64,000 bases of DNA, from contig CBDCCZ010000004.1 of assembly GCA_965215005.1 (NCBI GenBank), forward strand, positions 256,001 to 320,000, in the 5' to 3' direction. Positions 50,931-61,413 of the stretch are shown here, one piece after another. Under the pieces are notes generated by a model, which was given only the letters and a program-made list of their open reading frames with translations, had not been told where the DNA came from and made no database searches. The stretch's first letter is position 1. Each line of letters starts with the position of its first letter. The stretch is from Kofleriaceae bacterium (GTDB taxonomy: Bacteria; Myxococcota_A; Polyangia; Haliangiales; Haliangiaceae). A program made the position numbers and the translations under genes.

Positions 50931-51716
50931 ATGGCGCAGTCCCGATCCAGCGTCGTCTCGTCGTTTACGATCATCAAAGGCTCCTTGATCGACCAGACCT
51001 ACGCGGTGTTCCGGGACTGGGACTTCGGCAAGTCTCGCACCGAGAACCTGCGCGGCGTCCGCGAGAACAACACCATTGGTGTCACGAGCACCCACTGGGC
51101 GCGCGACGTCGCGAAGGTCATAGGCCGCCGTTTCGACCCCACGGGCCGCGACCGCCCGCTGGTGAACCTCGCGATTGCAGGGTGCGAGCGAGACGTCTGG
51201 AAGCCGCTGCTCCTCTTCCACATGACCCGCGACGAGTTCCTGGTGCGCGACTTCTTGGTCCACTGGATCTACCCGCAGTTCGTCCAGGGCGCCCACCGGC
51301 TGCACACGGACAACGTCGCCAAGTACTTGGCTTCCCTCAGCAAGAAGAAGGGCATCGAGTGGTCCGGCAAATGGAGCGACTCCACGACCTCACGGGTGGC
51401 GTCGGGGCTCTTGCGTATAGCCACCGACTTCGGCCTGCTCACCGGCACACTGCACAAGGAATTCGCGTCGTATCAGCTGCCCGAGCAGAGCTTCATCTAC
51501 CTCCTTCATGCGATGGCGGACGTCGAACCTAACGCGCGGCGCATCGTCGACGCCGAGGACTGGCACATGTTCCTCATGGACACTCCAGACGTGGAGCGCG
51601 AGCTCCTGCGACTACATCAGTTTCGCAAGGTCCATTACGAGGTCGCCGGTAGCCTGGCCCAGCTCAAGCTGCCCCATGGATCCTCGGCAGATTACGCAAG
51701 GGAGCTCTGCGCATGA
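50931..51716 (+). CDS. brxA: BrxA (DUF1819)
   Basis: WSDSTTSRVASGLLRIATDFGLL and DWHMFLM. Positioned before brxB. Confidence 0.82.
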   Translation: MAQSRSSVVSSFTIIKGSLIDQTYAVFRDWDFGKSRTENLRGVRENNTIGVTSTHWARDVAKVIGRRFDPTGRDRPLVNLAIAGCERDVWKPLLLFHMTRDEFLVRDFLVHWIYPQFVQGAHRLHTDNVAKYLASLSKKKGIEWSGKWSDSTTSRVASGLLRIATDFGLLTGTLHKEFASYQLPEQSFIYLLHAMADVEPNARRIVDAEDWHMFLMDTPDVERELLRLHQFRKVHYEVAGSLAQLKLPHGSSADYARELCA

Positions 51717-52291
51717 GCGATTGGAGGGACCGCCTCGTAAAGCAACTCGAGCCCGTGCTCGAGCAGGCCGATCCGCGCCCCACGATCAGCGCCTACCACG
51801 ACATGCCCTACGCGATTTTCCGGTACCCGCCGGAAGACGAGTTTGCCGTGCGCCAGGAGACCGCGCTGCTTCGCACTCGCCTCGAACAAGCCGGCAAGCG
51901 TGTCACCTCCATCTCGCTGTCAGCCTGCATGCAGGAGGCGCTCGAAGCCGTGGGCCTCGGAGTCGAGGCCTTGGCCGATGCTGAGAAATCTGTCGGCCTG
52001 GAATCGACCATCGAGACCATCCACCAGGTGCTCTGCGAGTACCGCCCACTCGACGAGCTGGTTGCCGCCCGCATTCCAGACGACGCAGCTCCGCTGCGCG
52101 ACGTGGTGTTCATCGTCCGCGCCGGCGCGCTCTTCCCCTTCTACCGCACTTCGTCGTTGCTCGAGCAGCTCAAAGGGAAGGTAACGGTTCCAGGTGTTCT
52201 GTTCTTTCCAGGATGTCTCGAAGGCGCTGCCGGACTTCGCTTCATGTGCGTACTGGATGCCGAGCACAATTACCGGCCGAAGATTTTCTGA
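51713..52291 (+). CDS. brxB: BrxB (DUF1788)
   Basis: IFRYPPEDEF, GALFPFYRTSSLL, LFFPG, LRFM and NYRPKIF. ATGA overlap with brxA. Confidence 0.88.
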   Translation: MSDWRDRLVKQLEPVLEQADPRPTISAYHDMPYAIFRYPPEDEFAVRQETALLRTRLEQAGKRVTSISLSACMQEALEAVGLGVEALADAEKSVGLESTIETIHQVLCEYRPLDELVAARIPDDAAPLRDVVFIVRAGALFPFYRTSSLLEQLKGKVTVPGVLFFPGCLEGAAGLRFMCVLDAEHNYRPKIF

Positions 52292-52302
52292 GGGAAACGC
52301 GA

Positions 52303-55300
52303 ATGACGAAATCGACCATCAAGAACCTCTTCGCCAACGACGTCTCCCGACGCATCGAGGAGGTGATCAAGGTCGACCAGGCCGACGAGCAGATTATTCG
52401 CGATGAGCTCGCCGAGTACGTGGTCACCGGCTCCATCCGCGACCACCTCATCGAGGTGCTAGAGCGCTACTGGGAGACCCCAAAGAAGCCTCACGAAGGC
52501 GTCGCAGTATGGGTTTCCGGATTCTTCGGATCCGGCAAGTCGAGCTTCGCCAAATACCTCGGCCTCGCCCTGCAGAACCGCACGGTCGTGGGAGAGAGCG
52601 CCGCGCAGCTCCTCGCCAAGCGCACTGGCGACCCGAAGGCCGAGGTGCTGCTCAGCAACATCGCCGAGCAGATCCCCACCGAAGCGGTCATCTTCGACGT
52701 CTCCACCGACCGCGGCATCCGCACCGGCAACCAGAGCATCACCGAGATCATGTACCGGCTCTTCCTTCAGAGCCTTGGGTACGCCCGTGATCTCGACCTG
52801 TCTGAGCTGGAGATCACCCTGGAGGAGGCCGGGCGGCTCGACGACTTCAAGGCGAAGTACCAGGAGGTCTTCAACAAGGACTGGGACGTCGGCAAGGGGC
52901 TCATCGCCATCGCCGTGCAGCAGGCAAGCCGGGTGATGCACGAGATGGACCCGGACACCTATCCAACCGCAGACAGCTGGCGCGAGTCGGCGATGAAGCG
53001 CGCAGACATCACCCCGGGCGACCTCGCCAAGCGGGGCATGGAGCTGATGAAGCGCCGCTCTCCCGGCAAGACGCTGCTCTTCGTGGTGGACGAGGTTGGC
53101 CAGTTCGTGGCCCGCGACGTCCAGAAGATGCTCGATCTGCAGGCGGTGGTGCAGAACCTCGGGCGCATCGGCCGAGGCAAGATGTGGATCGTCGTCACCT
53201 CGCAGGAGAAGCTCACCGAGCTCGTCGGTGGTCTCGACGACAAGCGGGTCGAGTTGGCGCGCCTCATGGACCGCTTCCCCCTGCAGGTCCACCTCGAGCC
53301 AGCAGACATCTCCGAGGTGACCAGCAAGCGCGTGCTGTCGAAGAACGCACAGGCCGAGAAGACCCTGCGCGAGCTCTTCACCCAGCACCGCGGCCGGCTC
53401 ACTGACAACACCCGGCTTACGGCCGATATCAAGCTGCCGGAGTTGTCTACTGAGAGCTTCGTCGACCTGTATCCGCTGCTGCCGTACCAGATCGACCTGA
53501 TAATCCAGGTCGTCTCGGGTCTTCGCACCCAGGGCGGCGCCAGCAAGCACGTGGGTGGCGCCAACCGCACCATCATCAAGCTGGCCCAGCAGCTCCTCAT
53601 TCACCCGGACGTCGATCTCGCCTCCGCTCCTCTGGGCACTCTGGCCCGGGTCGACCAAGTGTACGACCTGGTGTCCGGAAACATCGGCAGCGAGGTGCGC
53701 GGCAAGATCGACGACATCGGCAAGAAGGTCGACCACCCGCTGGCGCAGCCCGTCGCCAAGGCCATCTGCTTGCTCCAGTACGTCCGCAGCATCCACCGCA
53801 CGCCCGAGAACCTCGCGGCCGCTTTGCACCCCGGCATCGACGCGGACTCGCGGCTGTCCGAGGTCAAGGCCGCTCTCGATGCGCTCGAGAAGGCGCACAT
53901 GGTTCGCCGCGGTGACGATGGCTACCGCATCCCGACCCCGGCCGAGGACGACTGGGAGCGCCAGCGCGCCAGCCTATCGCCCAAGCCTGGCGATGTCAGC
54001 CGCCTGCACGCGGAGGTCGTCACCGGCCTCTGGCAGCCGCAGCCCCAGCACAGCTTCCTCGACGTGAAGGTCTTCAAGGCCGGGCTATATCTGGGTGGCC
54101 GCCTCTCGGTGGAAGGCGACACCCCCGTGCATCTCACGCTGGCCGAAGCAGGTAAGGAGCACGAAGAGCGCGTGGCCGAGGCGCGCAAGCGAAGCCAGAC
54201 CGAGACCAAGTCCATATTCTGGGTGGCGGCTCTCGACCAGGCTATCGATCGTGAAACCGTCGAGCTCTTCCGCTCCAAAGAGATCCTCTCCCGCAAGGAG
54301 CGCGGCGCCCAGACCAAGGACGAAACGGCACTCGTCGCCGAGGAAAAGCTGCGCCTGCGCCGGCATCAGGACGAGCTGCGTCGCTTCATCAAGCAGTCGC
54401 TTTTGACCGGCACCATCTTCTTCCGCGGCAACGACCGCAGCCCGGACGACACGGCGACCGACATCGGCCGCACGGCGGCCAAGGTGCTGGCCCAGGCGCT
54501 CCCGGAGGTCTTCGACCGTTTCGAGGAGGCGGCGGCCCGCGTCGGCAAGAAGGACCTCGAGTCGCTGATGACGACCGAGAACCTCCGCGGGCTAACCTCG
54601 GTCTTCACCGACCTCAACCTGGTCCGCGACCAAGGCGGCAAGCCCGTCTTCAACACCGAGAACGGATCCCTTGCCGAGGTGCTGTCGCGCATCGACAACC
54701 GCACGAGCTACGGCGAGGTGGCCACGGGCCGCTACCTGACCGACGAGTTCGCCAAGGAGCCGTTCGGCTGGGACTTCGACGTCGTCCGCCTGTTCGTCAT
54801 CGCGCTGTTGCGTGCCGGCAAACTCGAAGCCACGAGCAAGGGCCAGGTCATCGAGTCGGCGCTGTCGCTGGATGCTCGTAACACCTTTGCCAACAACAAC
54901 CTGTTCCGTCAGGCCTCGTTCCGTCCCAAGGTCGGCCTCGAGTTCACGAACATTGTCGACGCCTCCGAGTACTTCAAAGAGGTCTTCGGTCGAGAGATTT
55001 CGGAGCTCGAGCAGGGGGTGGTCGCCAACGCCATCCGCGAGGAGATCCATCGCCACGACGAGGAGCTCCACGAGGTGCACACCACCTTGGTGCAGCACGC
55101 GCTGCCCGGTGCCGATGTGCTGCGGATTGCCCTCGACCAGATGCGGTCGATCCGCTCCGGCAAGGAAGACCACGCCATCCTGACCTTCAACTCGGCCTAC
55201 AAGGAGCTGAAAGAAGCCATCAAGCGGGGCGCCGAGCTGTCGCAGGGGCTTACCGAGACTCGGCTGCATGACATCGGCCGGGCTCGCAAGGCGCTCGACG

Positions 55301-55842
55301 TGGTCTGGCCGTTCCTGAAGGAGGAGCCCGACCTCACCGACGAGGACCGCGAGCACGCCGAGAAGCTCGAGGACCTGATGGCGCGCGAGACTTTCTTCCG
55401 CGAGCTCGCGGCCATCGACCAGCATGCGCGGGCCCTGGAACAGGAGCACAAGCGGCGCCACCAGGAGGCAGTCGAGGCTCGCGCCGCAGCCTACGAAGAG
55501 GCTGCCCAGAAGCTCAAAGCAACGCCGGGCTGGGAGCAGCTGGGCGAGGACCAGCAGCGTCGCGTTGCTGGCCCGCTCGTTTCGCGAGCGACCACCGACG
55601 GTTCTGCCTCAATGGCGATCCCGCTACTTCGCTCGGATCTCGCCGCTTGCTCGGGCCGTCTGTCCAGCGCGGTGGAGGAGATGCTCCGACTCGTGGACGG
55701 CAACCGCCTCGTGCGCGTCGCGGCGTCGAGCTACTTCAGCGGCGGCATCGAGACCGAAGAGCAGCTCGACCAGGCCCTGTCTGGTTTGAAAGAGCAGTGC
55801 CTGGAGCTCATCGGCGCCGGCAAAAAGGTGCTGGTTCAGTAG
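52303..55842 (+). CDS. brxC: BREX P-loop ATPase BrxC
   Basis: RRIEEVIKV, EYVVT, WVSGFFGSGKS, VDEVGQF, VTSQE, DRF and YPLLPYQ. Confidence 0.93.
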   Translation: MTKSTIKNLFANDVSRRIEEVIKVDQADEQIIRDELAEYVVTGSIRDHLIEVLERYWETPKKPHEGVAVWVSGFFGSGKSSFAKYLGLALQNRTVVGESAAQLLAKRTGDPKAEVLLSNIAEQIPTEAVIFDVSTDRGIRTGNQSITEIMYRLFLQSLGYARDLDLSELEITLEEAGRLDDFKAKYQEVFNKDWDVGKGLIAIAVQQASRVMHEMDPDTYPTADSWRESAMKRADITPGDLAKRGMELMKRRSPGKTLLFVVDEVGQFVARDVQKMLDLQAVVQNLGRIGRGKMWIVVTSQEKLTELVGGLDDKRVELARLMDRFPLQVHLEPADISEVTSKRVLSKNAQAEKTLRELFTQHRGRLTDNTRLTADIKLPELSTESFVDLYPLLPYQIDLIIQVVSGLRTQGGASKHVGGANRTIIKLAQQLLIHPDVDLASAPLGTLARVDQVYDLVSGNIGSEVRGKIDDIGKKVDHPLAQPVAKAICLLQYVRSIHRTPENLAAALHPGIDADSRLSEVKAALDALEKAHMVRRGDDGYRIPTPAEDDWERQRASLSPKPGDVSRLHAEVVTGLWQPQPQHSFLDVKVFKAGLYLGGRLSVEGDTPVHLTLAEAGKEHEERVAEARKRSQTETKSIFWVAALDQAIDRETVELFRSKEILSRKERGAQTKDETALVAEEKLRLRRHQDELRRFIKQSLLTGTIFFRGNDRSPDDTATDIGRTAAKVLAQALPEVFDRFEEAAARVGKKDLESLMTTENLRGLTSVFTDLNLVRDQGGKPVFNTENGSLAEVLSRIDNRTSYGEVATGRYLTDEFAKEPFGWDFDVVRLFVIALLRAGKLEATSKGQVIESALSLDARNTFANNNLFRQASFRPKVGLEFTNIVDASEYFKEVFGREISELEQGVVANAIREEIHRHDEELHEVHTTLVQHALPGADVLRIALDQMRSIRSGKEDHAILTFNSAYKELKEAIKRGAELSQGLTETRLHDIGRARKALDVVWPFLKEEPDLTDEDREHAEKLEDLMARETFFRELAAIDQHARALEQEHKRRHQEAVEARAAAYEEAAQKLKATPGWEQLGEDQQRRVAGPLVSRATTDGSASMAIPLLRSDLAACSGRLSSAVEEMLRLVDGNRLVRVAASSYFSGGIETEEQLDQALSGLKEQCLELIGAGKKVLVQ

Positions 55843-55854
55843 GGGAACGACCGG

Positions 55855-58800
55855 ATGGACAGAGAGACCAGAAATCGCATCCAGCGCGCGACCCAGGCAG
55901 CCCGAGAGCTGTTGGAGCACGAGTACGCCGAGCAGCTCGAGGGTGTGTTCGACATCCGCCTCGACGGCACGATTGCGGCCGAGCCGGGCGAGCACCTCGA
56001 TGCACCCCAGCGGGTGCTTCGAGGCAAGCTGGTCACGGCGGTGGAGCACCAGCGCACGAGCGGGATGAGCAAGGCGGACGCGGTTGCGTCGTACCTCCGG
56101 GAGACGGCGTTCACTACGCTGAACCGTTTCGTGGCGCTGAAGATGCTTGAGGCCCGCGAGCTCGTTCAGGAGTGCATCAGCCGAGGCGATCAATCGGCAG
56201 GTTTCAAGGAGTTCACTGGGCTCGCACCCGGGCTCGTTCAACTCCCCGATCACGGGTACCGCGTCTACATAGAATCGCTCTTTGATGAGATCGGACGCGA
56301 GGTGCGCGTGCTGTTTGACCGGCGAGACCCGGCAAGTCTGCTCTGGCCACGACGACAGGGTCTGTCGGATCTGCTTGGCATCTTGAACGCCTCGGAGCTC
56401 GGGCCCGTGTGGGGCGATGACGAGACGATTGGCTGGGTCTACCAGTACTTCAACAGCGATCACGAACGGAGGCAGATGCGCGCGGAGAGTCAAGCGCCGC
56501 GCAATAGTCGCGAGCTGGCCGTTCGCAACCAGTTCTTCACGCCGCGATATGTTGTTCAGTTTCTCACCGACAACACTCTCGGCCGCATCTGGTACGAGAT
56601 GCGTCAGGGCGACACGCGGCTGCGCGATCTCGATTACCTGGTCCGCCGGCCGAACGAGGTCTTCCTCGCCCAGGGCGAAGGGCCAGATGCCGATCCAGAG
56701 CCGGCCGAGAGCCTGACCGAGGACGAGCAGTTGCAGCGCCCGGTCTACGTGCCATTCCGGGCCAAGAAGGACCCGCGAGATCTCCACGTTCTCGATCCCG
56801 CCTGCGGCTCGGGGCACTTCCTGCTTTATGCTCTCGATTTGCTACTCGTAATCTACGAGGAGGCGTGGACCGACGAGGCTTCGCCCAGATCGGAGGTCAC
56901 ACGCAAGACGCTTCGCGATGATTACCGGGACATGGACGCCCTTCGGACGGCGATGCCCGGCCTAATTCTGCGGTACAACCTTCACGGCATCGACATCGAC
57001 GCGAGGTGCGCCCAGATAGCCGCACTCGCGCTTTGGATGCGGGCGCAGCGAGCACACAAGGAGCTCGGCATTGGACGCGCTATCCGTCCCGCCATTCAGA
57101 AGACGAATATCGTTGTCGCCGAGCCCATGCCCGGGGCGCCGCGGTTGCGCGAGGAGTTTTTCGCCACCCTTGAACCGAAACTTGGTGAACTGCTTGAACA
57201 CGTGTTCGATGTGATGGGGCTCGCGGGAGATGCCGGCATGCTTCTTCGGATCGAGGACGATATCGCCGCGTCCGTGCGGGAGCTTCATCCTGGTGACGGG
57301 GATCTCTTTCAAGTCAGCAACGAGGCAAAATGGCGCGCAGTCGAAGCAGATCTGCTCCTAGCATTAAGCGCCTACGCCACTACTGCAGCGACTTCAGACG
57401 ATTTGCGACGCAGGCTGTTCGCGGAAGACGCCGCACACGGACTGGGCTTCGTCAACCTTTGCGGCAAGCGCTTTGACGTTGTGCTAATGAATCCGCCGTT
57501 CGGTCAGCCAACAGCCCCCCTTTATGCCTACGCACGCGAGGCCCTGAACGGCGCCCACGGGGACATCTTCGGGATGTTTGTTAGGCGCGCCCTGCAGCTC
57601 TTGGAGGACGATGGACTTGCTGGGTGTATCACTTCCCGGTCGTTCATCATGCGTCCAAGACTGGAGGAACTCCGGCGTCAGGACATCCTGCCATTCATTT
57701 CCTTTCTGTTGGACCTTGGCGGTGGCGTGATGGACGACGCGCTCGTCGACTCGTGTGCGTTTACGCTCGACAACCGAGGACCACGGGTCCTTTGGGCGGC
57801 GGACGCGAGACAGATCTCTACCGACCAAAGAGAGTCAGGAACGCAGGCGCACAGATGGACGAGGTGCCCAAAGGAAGCCCTTCGACAGGCTGCCGAAAAG
57901 CGAGATCCTCTACGACGTTCCGTCTCGTGCCTTGGCGTTGCTGCAGACCGCGGACGAACTCGAAACAATGGCCGGAACCGCCCGTGAAGGCATGAAGACC
58001 TTCGACAACGCTCGTTTTCTCCGGCTGTCCTGGGAGATTGCACCGGCATTTGTGGGGCGAGGTCACCACTGGGTACCTTTCGCAAAGGGGGGGGCATTCG
58101 CGCTGTTCCTCGGTCCGACCGATTGGCTCCTGAACTGGAATCGCGACGGCGCTGAACCTCGAGCTGTCAATGAGAGGGTAAACGGATCAACGGCTCAAGT
58201 GCGGCAGGCGAGCACCTATTGGTATCGATCCGGTGCGACCTATACATACCGGAGCCAGCTAGGTTTCAGCGCTCGGGTTTTGCCTCTAGACCACATCTTC
58301 TCCAACAGTGGCCCGGCGATCTTGGTTGAACCCGACAAAGGGACGGCGGTGAGTAGCCTCTTCTTGCTCGGGTGGCTGAACTCCCGTCTAATCCGCGCCC
58401 TTGCCCAACTACAAGCGAACTTCGGGAAGTTCCTTACCGGCATCTTCAAGGCGATGCCCTGGGTTGAGCCCGATAGGAGCACCAGGGTCCAGGTCGAGGG
58501 AGCTGTCGAGGCCGCACTTGCTGCACTCATCCAAAACGAGATGCGGAGGGAAACGAGTCCCTACTACTGTGGTCCGTTTCCGTGCGAAACGTTTGATGAG
58601 GCGATTGAGAATACAGTTCGCATGGCAAGACGACGAGATGCGGCCATCAATGGCTGCGTTGACTCATGCAGTGCAGTAATAGACGCTCTTTATGCGATCG
58701 ATTCCTCGGGTTGGGGCGACGATGTCCTCGGCACCACGAAACCGGATTATGCATGGAGCAATGTCACCGAGACGGAGGCCGCCTCGTCCCGAAATTCGGT

Positions 58801-60115
58801 TGCCGCGGAGTTGGCGCGGGAGCATGTGTCCTGGGCCGTGGGAGTCGCACTCGGTCGCTGGTGCGGCACACACGTCGTCGAAGCTCTTCCTGATCTAGAT
58901 CCTTTCGCCCGCCTACCTGTCGCACCGCCAGCGACTAGTCGGCCCGCAGCGGAGCTCCTCGCTGTGAGAGATAGCGGCCATCCTGCTGACCTATCGAAGA
59001 CTGTAGAGGCCGCGCTGGCTGAAGCATTCAACTCAGACTTCGCGCGAGCAGTACTCCACCAAAACGGGAACAATATCGACTGGCTCAGCGACTCTGGGGC
59101 TGCCGGTTTCTTCTCATGGCATATTGCCCGCTATTCGAATGCCGAACGCCAGAGCCCCGTCTATTGGGCGTTGGGGACGCCAAGCGCGAACTACGTAGTT
59201 TGGTTGTACTACCGTCACATCACCGAGGACACGTTCTACAGGATCCTCCATGATTTCGTTGAGCCAAAACTCGCGCACGAGGAGCGCGTTCTTGCAGATA
59301 ATTCGGGAGAATTCGCAGGCGACTCGTCAGCCGGGCGCCGAAAAGAAAGAGCTAACCAAGAAAGCCTGGTTCGAGAGCTTCGTGCATTTCGAGTCGAGAT
59401 CTCGCGCATAGCCCCTTTGTGGAAACCCAACTTGTGTGACGGCGTGACGGTGAACGCGGCTCCGCTCTGGCGGCTGTTCTCCCATCACCGGCCCTGGCAA
59501 AAGGAATGCAAAGCAACATGGGACAAGCTCTGCAAGGGCGATTACGACTGGGCCCACCTGGCGATGCACCTTTGGCCCGAGCGCGTGGTGCCCAAGTGCG
59601 CGGAAGACCGCAGTCTCGCCATTGCACACGGCCTCGAAGATGTCTTCTGGTACGAGGACTCGGACGGCAAGTGGCAGCCTCGAGAGGTCGCAGAGTCGGA
59701 AGTCGACAAGCTCGTCAAGGAGCGGACCTCGGCAGCTGTCAAGGACGCCCTGAAGAGCTTGCTCGAAGCCCCGGCGCCCGCGACCGGGCGCGCAACGAGG
59801 AAGAAGGCCCCTCGAGCCAAGGGCACCCGGAAGCGGGCCGCTTCAGCGCGCCCCAAGGCCGCGACGAACGGCGCTGCCTCGTCCAGCCGTTCCTCGGCAG
59901 CAGTCGACGCTGAGCTCCTGAGCAAGGTCAAGGCCGCCATTGGCTCCAACGGTGACGGCGCTAGCAAGGCCGACGTCATCGACGCGACGGGGATCTCGGC
60001 CAGCGAGTGGAACAAGGCCATCAAGGCCCTTCTCGCCGACGGCTCCGTCACGCAGACCGGTGAGCGCCGCGGTGCTCGGTATCACGTAGCTGTTTCGATA
60101 GGAGTAGAGGGATGA
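55855..60115 (+). CDS. pglX: BREX adenine methyltransferase PglX (one apparent +1 frameshift near 57879)
   Basis: TTLNRFVALKMLE, IGWVYQYF, QFFTPRYVV, LDPACGSGHFL and NPPF. In the +1 frame: DNARFLR, PFAKGG, SPVYW, DGVTVNAAPL and GDYDWAHLAM. Confidence 0.9.
58087..58094 (+). repeat. G8 homopolymer inside pglX
   Basis: GCA AAG GGG GGG GCA encodes AKGGA. Confidence 0.9.
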
Positions 60116-61236
60116 CCTCACCGGTTCACTATCACAAGGGTCAGTTTCCTCCAGCGCAGCTTGATTGGGCCGAGCTCATCCCTCATGTCGGTCCAGCCGC
60201 GGCGGCGGTGGCTCGCTATGACGGGATGCTTGCTGCGATCCCGAACGCCGATGTCCTACTCAGCCCGCTCACGACGCAAGAGGCGGTCCTTTCGTCGCGA
60301 ATCGAGGGAACCCAGGCGACGATGGGCGAGGTCCTCGAGTTCGAGGCAAGTGCTTCGCCGCCCGACCTTCCACAAGCGCGGCGCGAAGACATCAACGAGG
60401 TCCTCAACTATCGCCGGGCAATGCGGAAGGCAGAGGAGATGCTTCTCACGCTTCCCCTATCGCTGCGCGTAGTTCGCGAAGTGCACAGCGTGCTTCTGGA
60501 AGGCGTGCGAGGACAGGGCAAGGACCCCGGGTCGTTTCGGCGTGTTCCGAATTGGATCGGACCGCCTGGATGTCGGGTAGAGCAGGCCAAGTTCGTTCCG
60601 ATCGGTGCTGAATCGCTTCCCGACGCGATGACGGCCTGGGAGGGCTACATACACCAGGACGAGCCCGATCGCTTGGTACAGCTAGCGATTCTACACGCGG
60701 AGTTTGAGGCGCTGCATCCCTTTCTGGATGGCAACGGTCGACTCGGTAGAATGCTGGTGCCGCTGTTCCTGTGGCAGCTCGACCTGATCCGAAAGCCGAT
60801 GTTCTACTTGAGCGCCTACCTCGAGGCGCAACGTGACTCCTACTATGAGCGGTTGCTCGCAGTGTCACGCGACGGCGACTGGACCGGCTGGTGTCGCTTC
60901 TTCCTGCTTGGCGTTCGGGAACAGGCGGAGCAGAACCTGGGCAAGGCCCAGGCCATCCTGGCTCTCTATGAGCGGCTCAAGCCTGCGGTGATCGAGCTCA
61001 CCCGCTCGCAGTACGCCATTCATGCGCTCGACTGGATATTCAGCCGACCGATCTTCAAGAGCACCGATTTCATCGAAGGCGCCCAGATCCCGCCGCCGAC
61101 GGCCCGACGGCTATTGACCGAGCTCAAGGCCGAGAACCTTGTGCTCAAGGAGCTCGTGCCCGGCCGAGGCCGGCGTGCAGGGACCTATGTCTTCCCCGAG
61201 CTACTCAACATCGCGGAAGGAAAGAAGATTTTTTGA
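60112..61236 (+). CDS. Fic-family protein (auto-inhibited class) with C-terminal HTH
   Basis: SSRIEGT inhibitory motif, HPFLDGNGRLGR catalytic motif and a C-terminal HTH-like segment. ATGA overlap with pglX. Confidence 0.92.
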   Translation: MTSPVHYHKGQFPPAQLDWAELIPHVGPAAAAVARYDGMLAAIPNADVLLSPLTTQEAVLSSRIEGTQATMGEVLEFEASASPPDLPQARREDINEVLNYRRAMRKAEEMLLTLPLSLRVVREVHSVLLEGVRGQGKDPGSFRRVPNWIGPPGCRVEQAKFVPIGAESLPDAMTAWEGYIHQDEPDRLVQLAILHAEFEALHPFLDGNGRLGRMLVPLFLWQLDLIRKPMFYLSAYLEAQRDSYYERLLAVSRDGDWTGWCRFFLLGVREQAEQNLGKAQAILALYERLKPAVIELTRSQYAIHALDWIFSRPIFKSTDFIEGAQIPPPTARRLLTELKAENLVLKELVPGRGRRAGTYVFPELLNIAEGKKIF

Positions 61237-61413
61237 TGATCACCGGTTCGCAGCAACCTGGATTGTCGCTCATGGAATGCGTTCCATGAGCGACAAATGC
61301 ACTTGCCTGCCACTGGTGCGCGACAAGACCCGGCTTTGTACGTCGGATTACGCGATGAGCTGGCCACGTGATGGCCACGTCAAGATCATCCACCCGCTCA
61401 ACGGAGAACGCCA

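Noticed and set aside
55855..60115. pglX as a genuine two-gene split
   Set aside because: The second ORF has no convincing start, and one base deletion yields the continuous CPKEAFDRLPKSEILY.
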